Assembly (NCBI RefSeq): GCF_002571385.2
Contig: NW_019218362.1
Coordinates: forward strand, 62,382-126,381
DNA from: Stylophora pistillata
Lineage: Eukaryota
Direction of reading: 5' to 3'
Length of the DNA stretch: 64,000 nucleotides
Translations under genes and position numbers: made by a program
The notes under the pieces: generated by a model
What the model was told of the DNA's origin: nothing
The model's database searches: none
Seen by the model: only the letters and a program-made list of their open reading frames with translations
Shown here: piece after piece, positions 60,401 to 64,000 of the stretch
How positions within the stretch are numbered: the first letter of the stretch is position 1
Layout: every line of letters begins with the position of its first letter

Positions 60401-62105
60401 TAAATGAATAAAGGCTGATAGTTTCGAAAGAAACTGTTTGGGGCTGCGGCGGTGGGAGTAACGAAATAATTTGTATATATCAACAAAGTTGAAATGGTAA
60501 ATTGGCCACCGTAATGATTACAAAAGCTGACGTTTCGAGCGTTAGCCCTTCGTCGGAGCGAATAGAGGAATTGTGGGTTAACGTTGTGTGTGCTTTTAAA
60601 GGCAGAAAATGGAGCTACGTTATTGGTGGGTGCATGGCAACGAGAAAAACATGAATAAATTAGTGGAATGAAAAGCGTTCATTGATCCCAGTGGGATTTA
60701 GACTGCAGTCATAACGGTGGCCAATTTACCATTTCAACTTTGTTGATATATCCAAAGTATCAATAAATGATCGATGTAACTGTTACCCTGTGTCTACCGG
60801 GTCTTGTGCTGATTTCTTGACATAATTTGAAGTACTCAGAGGAGGTGCACCATCTTTACTGTCTTCTGCCTGTAAAAAGAGATTACACACAATGAAAGGA
60901 AATAGCGCTCTCGCGTCCCGAACTTCATGCTCAATAGAAGAGGATTTTTTAAATTGTTTTTAGAAGAAACCACTTACCCTAACTTGTTTGTCTTTGACTC
61001 CACATGTTACAGCGTTTAAGACTTTATTGAGCTCGTCTGTAATTTGAAATTGAAATAATTTATGATTTCTAGTTCTTACTAACACTCGGAAAATGATTTT
61101 ATTTCGTCCACTTACCTCTAACTTCGTTCACGCTGCTTTCGTTGCTGTAATCTTTCAAGATATTAGTGGGCTTGTACACCGCATTTTGTATTTCGCTGGA
61201 TATTGTCTGAGTTCTGAAGATCAAAATTAAACAGAAACAGAGGAAACAGTCCCTTGTATTTCTTAATTTTTAACAAGTAAAATGCTGGGGGAACCAAATA
61301 GCTATGTCAAGAAAACCACAATTGTGAAAATGATAACAACTTGAATTCACCAGTTCACCTGGTAGAACTTCATTTATGAATTTTTCATTTGAAAGCGATC
61401 GTATCAACTCAATTTTAGGAAAATTCATTTTTATGCTATAGAGCTTACCTTTTACAATTTCCAGCTCCATCTATTCCACCAGTAAGGTTGCTGTTTTGTG
61501 CTCTGAGCTTTTGAACTTGTGTCTAACATTTAGAGCAAGCGATTTTGTGCAGTCGGTAAACTTAAATACGAGAACAACAACAACAAGGAAATAAGCTTAA
61601 CGAAAGAAGAACGTTTTAATCTGCTGCGTTACCTCAAGCACTCCTTTTTCCTTCTTCAGAGCAGCTATTATTTTCCATGCATCTGTTGCTAATCTGTCCT
61701 GAAAAAGTAAATTTTTTTTCCCGATTTCAAAGCTATATGTTTCACCAGTGGAAAGTTTACATGTTCAAAAAGAGCTCAAAGCAAACCTTTTCAAGGGCCT
61801 TCAGCTGAGCGAGGAGGCGAGTTTGCTTTTCATTCAGCGCTTCTTGTTGAAACATTTCTATAAGAGAACTGGCGTGTTTCTGCTTTTCCATCTGTCCTTC
61901 AATTACACCAGGCTCAGGTTTACGATCGTTGTCTGGAAACTGATTCTCTACAGATGTTTGGGGTTTTTGTTTGCGATGACGATTTGAAAGAGATAAACAG
62001 GTGACAAACTTTAAAACAACTGTAAAAACTGAAATCAAACAACTGCAAACTAGAAAACTTACCTTTAGCAGTGACTGGAAACTTCTCAGTCTTTCCAACT
62101 TTCAT
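48500..62105 (-). CDS. ubiquitin-specific protease (peptidase C19; USP4/15/19/31/32-type split catalytic domain) with N-terminal coiled coil; more than 20 exons; 3' end uncertain
   Basis: ATG at 62105. Cys box GLQNLGNTCFVNAGLQCL (58.5 kb), QHDCHEFL..LDGLH (57.0 kb), ITCCSCSH..PFTFLSVPL (56.3 kb), RLFGHP, CSRC..CTGC, WYCQKC..PDTLIIHLKRF (50.2 kb), VTFPLEDLDM, CHEG..SGHYTAY..WYRYDDS (49.6-49.1 kb), AYILFYHRR (48.85 kb). All three catalytic residues are present. Confidence 0.93.
49881..49945. repeat. short TTGATTAAG-type minisatellite in a USP intron
   Basis: Several imperfect 9-10-nt units. Confidence 0.6.
52736..52944. mobile_element. piggyBac-like MITE
   Basis: TTAA-ctcttt ... aaagag-TTAA. 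The interior is shared with 7553-7758. Confidence 0.8.
53730..54583. mobile_element. Penelope-like element (Poseidon-type): inverted tail plus + strand GIY-YIG endonuclease and 3' UTR, in a USP intron
   Basis: RQGTIYKISCSDCQASYIGETGRNLTTRLTEHRR..HIAEHH..HNIDW..RLTLESW..LNR. 171-bp inverted repeat 53894-54064 / 54413-54583. The tail is shared with 32290-32431. Confidence 0.93.
60127..60264. mobile_element. palindromic MITE (same family as 15951-16093)
   Basis: TIRs tagaggttttgca / tgcaaaacctcta with internal gccatgttgcatgg inverted repeats. Confidence 0.8.
60408..60754 (-). mobile_element. longer copy of the short hammerhead-bearing retroelement with inverted terminal fragment
   Basis: 16-bp TSD aagtatcaataaatga at 60392-60407 and 60755-60770. 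Hammerhead variant at ~60525-60560(-). 60714-60754 is an inverted duplicate of the tail. Confidence 0.88.
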
Positions 62106-64000
62106 TTTCTTTTGTATATCGAGAGTTAATTATCCTAAACGGTCTTATAAAATCAAACCGAACACAGAGAAATTTTCAAACAGACGTTATGTTGTTGTGG
62201 CGAACTTCATTGACGCGAACAACCAACGAGCTTAGTGACGTTGTATGCCACATTTTACCGCGCGCTAACTTATATCCTCGCTATCATAACGAGGGCCACG
62301 TAAGTGTTCCCCAACAAAACTGGTGTTTTTCTCGTGAAAAAGAGAGTTTCGAAGTAAATTGCAGGAATTTTTTTTTCGCTTCCGGTCGAAGGAGGCTGAA
62401 TCGGTTCAGTTCTAGTTCGCCCTGTACGTGACAGACCCCTTGACAGTTCTAAATAAACTTCACATCTTAGTGAACAGTTGCCGACATAACCAGTCAGATA
62501 GTGAGGGGTCCAAAGCTTTTATATTATTTCATTTTACATTCTTTTTCTCACATCATTTTTGGAACAAATAAATAGATCTTAAGAGAGTCAAGGCATCATC
62601 ACTGAAAAGCATGAAACGAATGCTTAGCAACCTGAAGTAGTGCACTGGAGACGTTATCCAAAGCAAGTGGTCCTGGTAATATTGATGTCATGTTTACATT
62701 GTTTTATTTCCACGAGATTATCTCATCTAAATACAGACACGCTGTTTTAGGTTTAAATTTTGCTTTCTCGTGTACTCACTATGAGAATTTGTCGTCAACT
62801 ACTAATCGGGCAAAAATAGAAAGGTCAAGCCTCCACGGTAAATCTCTCTGAAGTGTGTTATGGTTCATGGATTCTTTGACGGGGAATCAAGGTCATTGAA
62901 CCGGGCAACAGGTGCCGGTAAGGTAAGGTTTCAAGGTTGATTTAATATTTTTGGTCAGTCATCGAATCGAGTTCACCTACATTTTACCCTATTTTAAAAA
63001 TAAATACGATAAAAAATTTTGTGGCACAGTGCATTATGACGACAAAATCTTTTGAATTTCGTCAAACGCTCCGCGATGATAACTTCGTTGGAAATGGCCA
63101 GTTTCTTCGATCTAGGGTTTGTTTACGTTAATCAAGTGTACTACGTTTTCAGTCATGGCACCGTAGCACTTTTTGAACTGAACAAACTACCTAAGCTCGA
63201 AAATCAAGGACTCTGTCAACTGCATTATTCTGAGAGATTAAGAGCCATAAATTTTAAAGTTCATCGCAAAACAATAATTCTTTCCTCATCTCATGTTAAT
63301 GTGGTGTTACTGGTAGACGGGTAATAAGTTCAACCAGCCCTTCACCGCGAAGTGCAACACCGTTACAATTCTACCACCCTTCTTGGCTCACGATATTGAA
63401 TTAATATTTACATTTCTACTTATAAACAGTTTAAATAAAACTCACATACATTTTCGGTCAGCAGTACCTGACTTGTTGTAATATTTATCTAGATGGCCTA
63501 CGAATGGACACCATAAACTTCTCAGTTTACTTCACATGACATGCAACAAAAACAAACTTATCAAATGGAAAAGGCCAAAATAAGATATGTTCCATTTCCG
63601 TTAGATAATGATTCATATCATTGGTTTGTTCATTTAGCCTTTGCTTTAGCCAACGGTTCAACTTCCGTTTTGTTTACTTAAAAAATGACAAAAAATTAAT
63701 TATTTTAAATATCGGGGGCCAATTGGTAATTTTACCGTAATTGAATGTGGACATCTCAGTGGTTCACTTTCTTACCAAAATTTATCATGGATGTGCACTC
63801 AGAAACATTTCAAATTTGTTTCTCTCCTGGACAAGTCGTTTGTCTTCGACAGGAGAACTCGCAAAGATAAACATTAATGAGATGCGGTATTCACTAATTG
63901 TTCCTCTAAGGGGGGTCCTCTAAGTGGAGCATTACTTAATTTTAAGCCACACAACGATCTGGATTTCAAACGGACACGCTCGTTTTACTCTAAGTGAGAG

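Noticed and set aside
62570-62925. First exons of a divergent + strand gene
   Set aside because: Donor-like sites exist (~62675, ~62922), but I found no convincing open frame or recognisable protein in the window.

Overview
AT-rich, intron-rich animal genomic DNA. The repeat families suggest a cnidarian, probably a stony coral; this is inference from recalled repeat types, not a database match. There are two N gaps (29429-30050, 32568-32775). Genes assembled by hand from splice signals and motifs: PSMG2 (+, 3010-7205), a convergent ZCCHC14/ZCCHC2-like PX-SAM-CCHC gene (-, 9430-20008), an unrecognised 8-exon coiled-coil gene with a possible myristoylation site (+, 26666-31185), a flavin-containing monooxygenase (-, 34815-40110), an ankyrin gene resembling the ANKLE1 N-terminus but without LEM/GIY-YIG (-, 40863 to at least 42165), and a large USP deubiquitinase (-, ~48500-62105) with an atypical PHD/RING-like zinc finger inside its catalytic domain. 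Mobile DNA includes three rearranged Penelope-like retroelement pieces, tRNA-derived SINEs, TTAA-flanked and foldback DNA elements, MITEs and a Harbinger-type transposase relic. The most notable signal is about ten hammerhead-ribozyme motifs. They are carried by Penelope tails and by a short non-coding element that shows target-site duplications and a Penelope-style inverted end. Intact cores occur only intergenically or antisense to host genes, while the sense-intronic copies have altered cores (small sample). There are no CRISPR arrays or rRNA genes, and I could not support any true tRNA gene.
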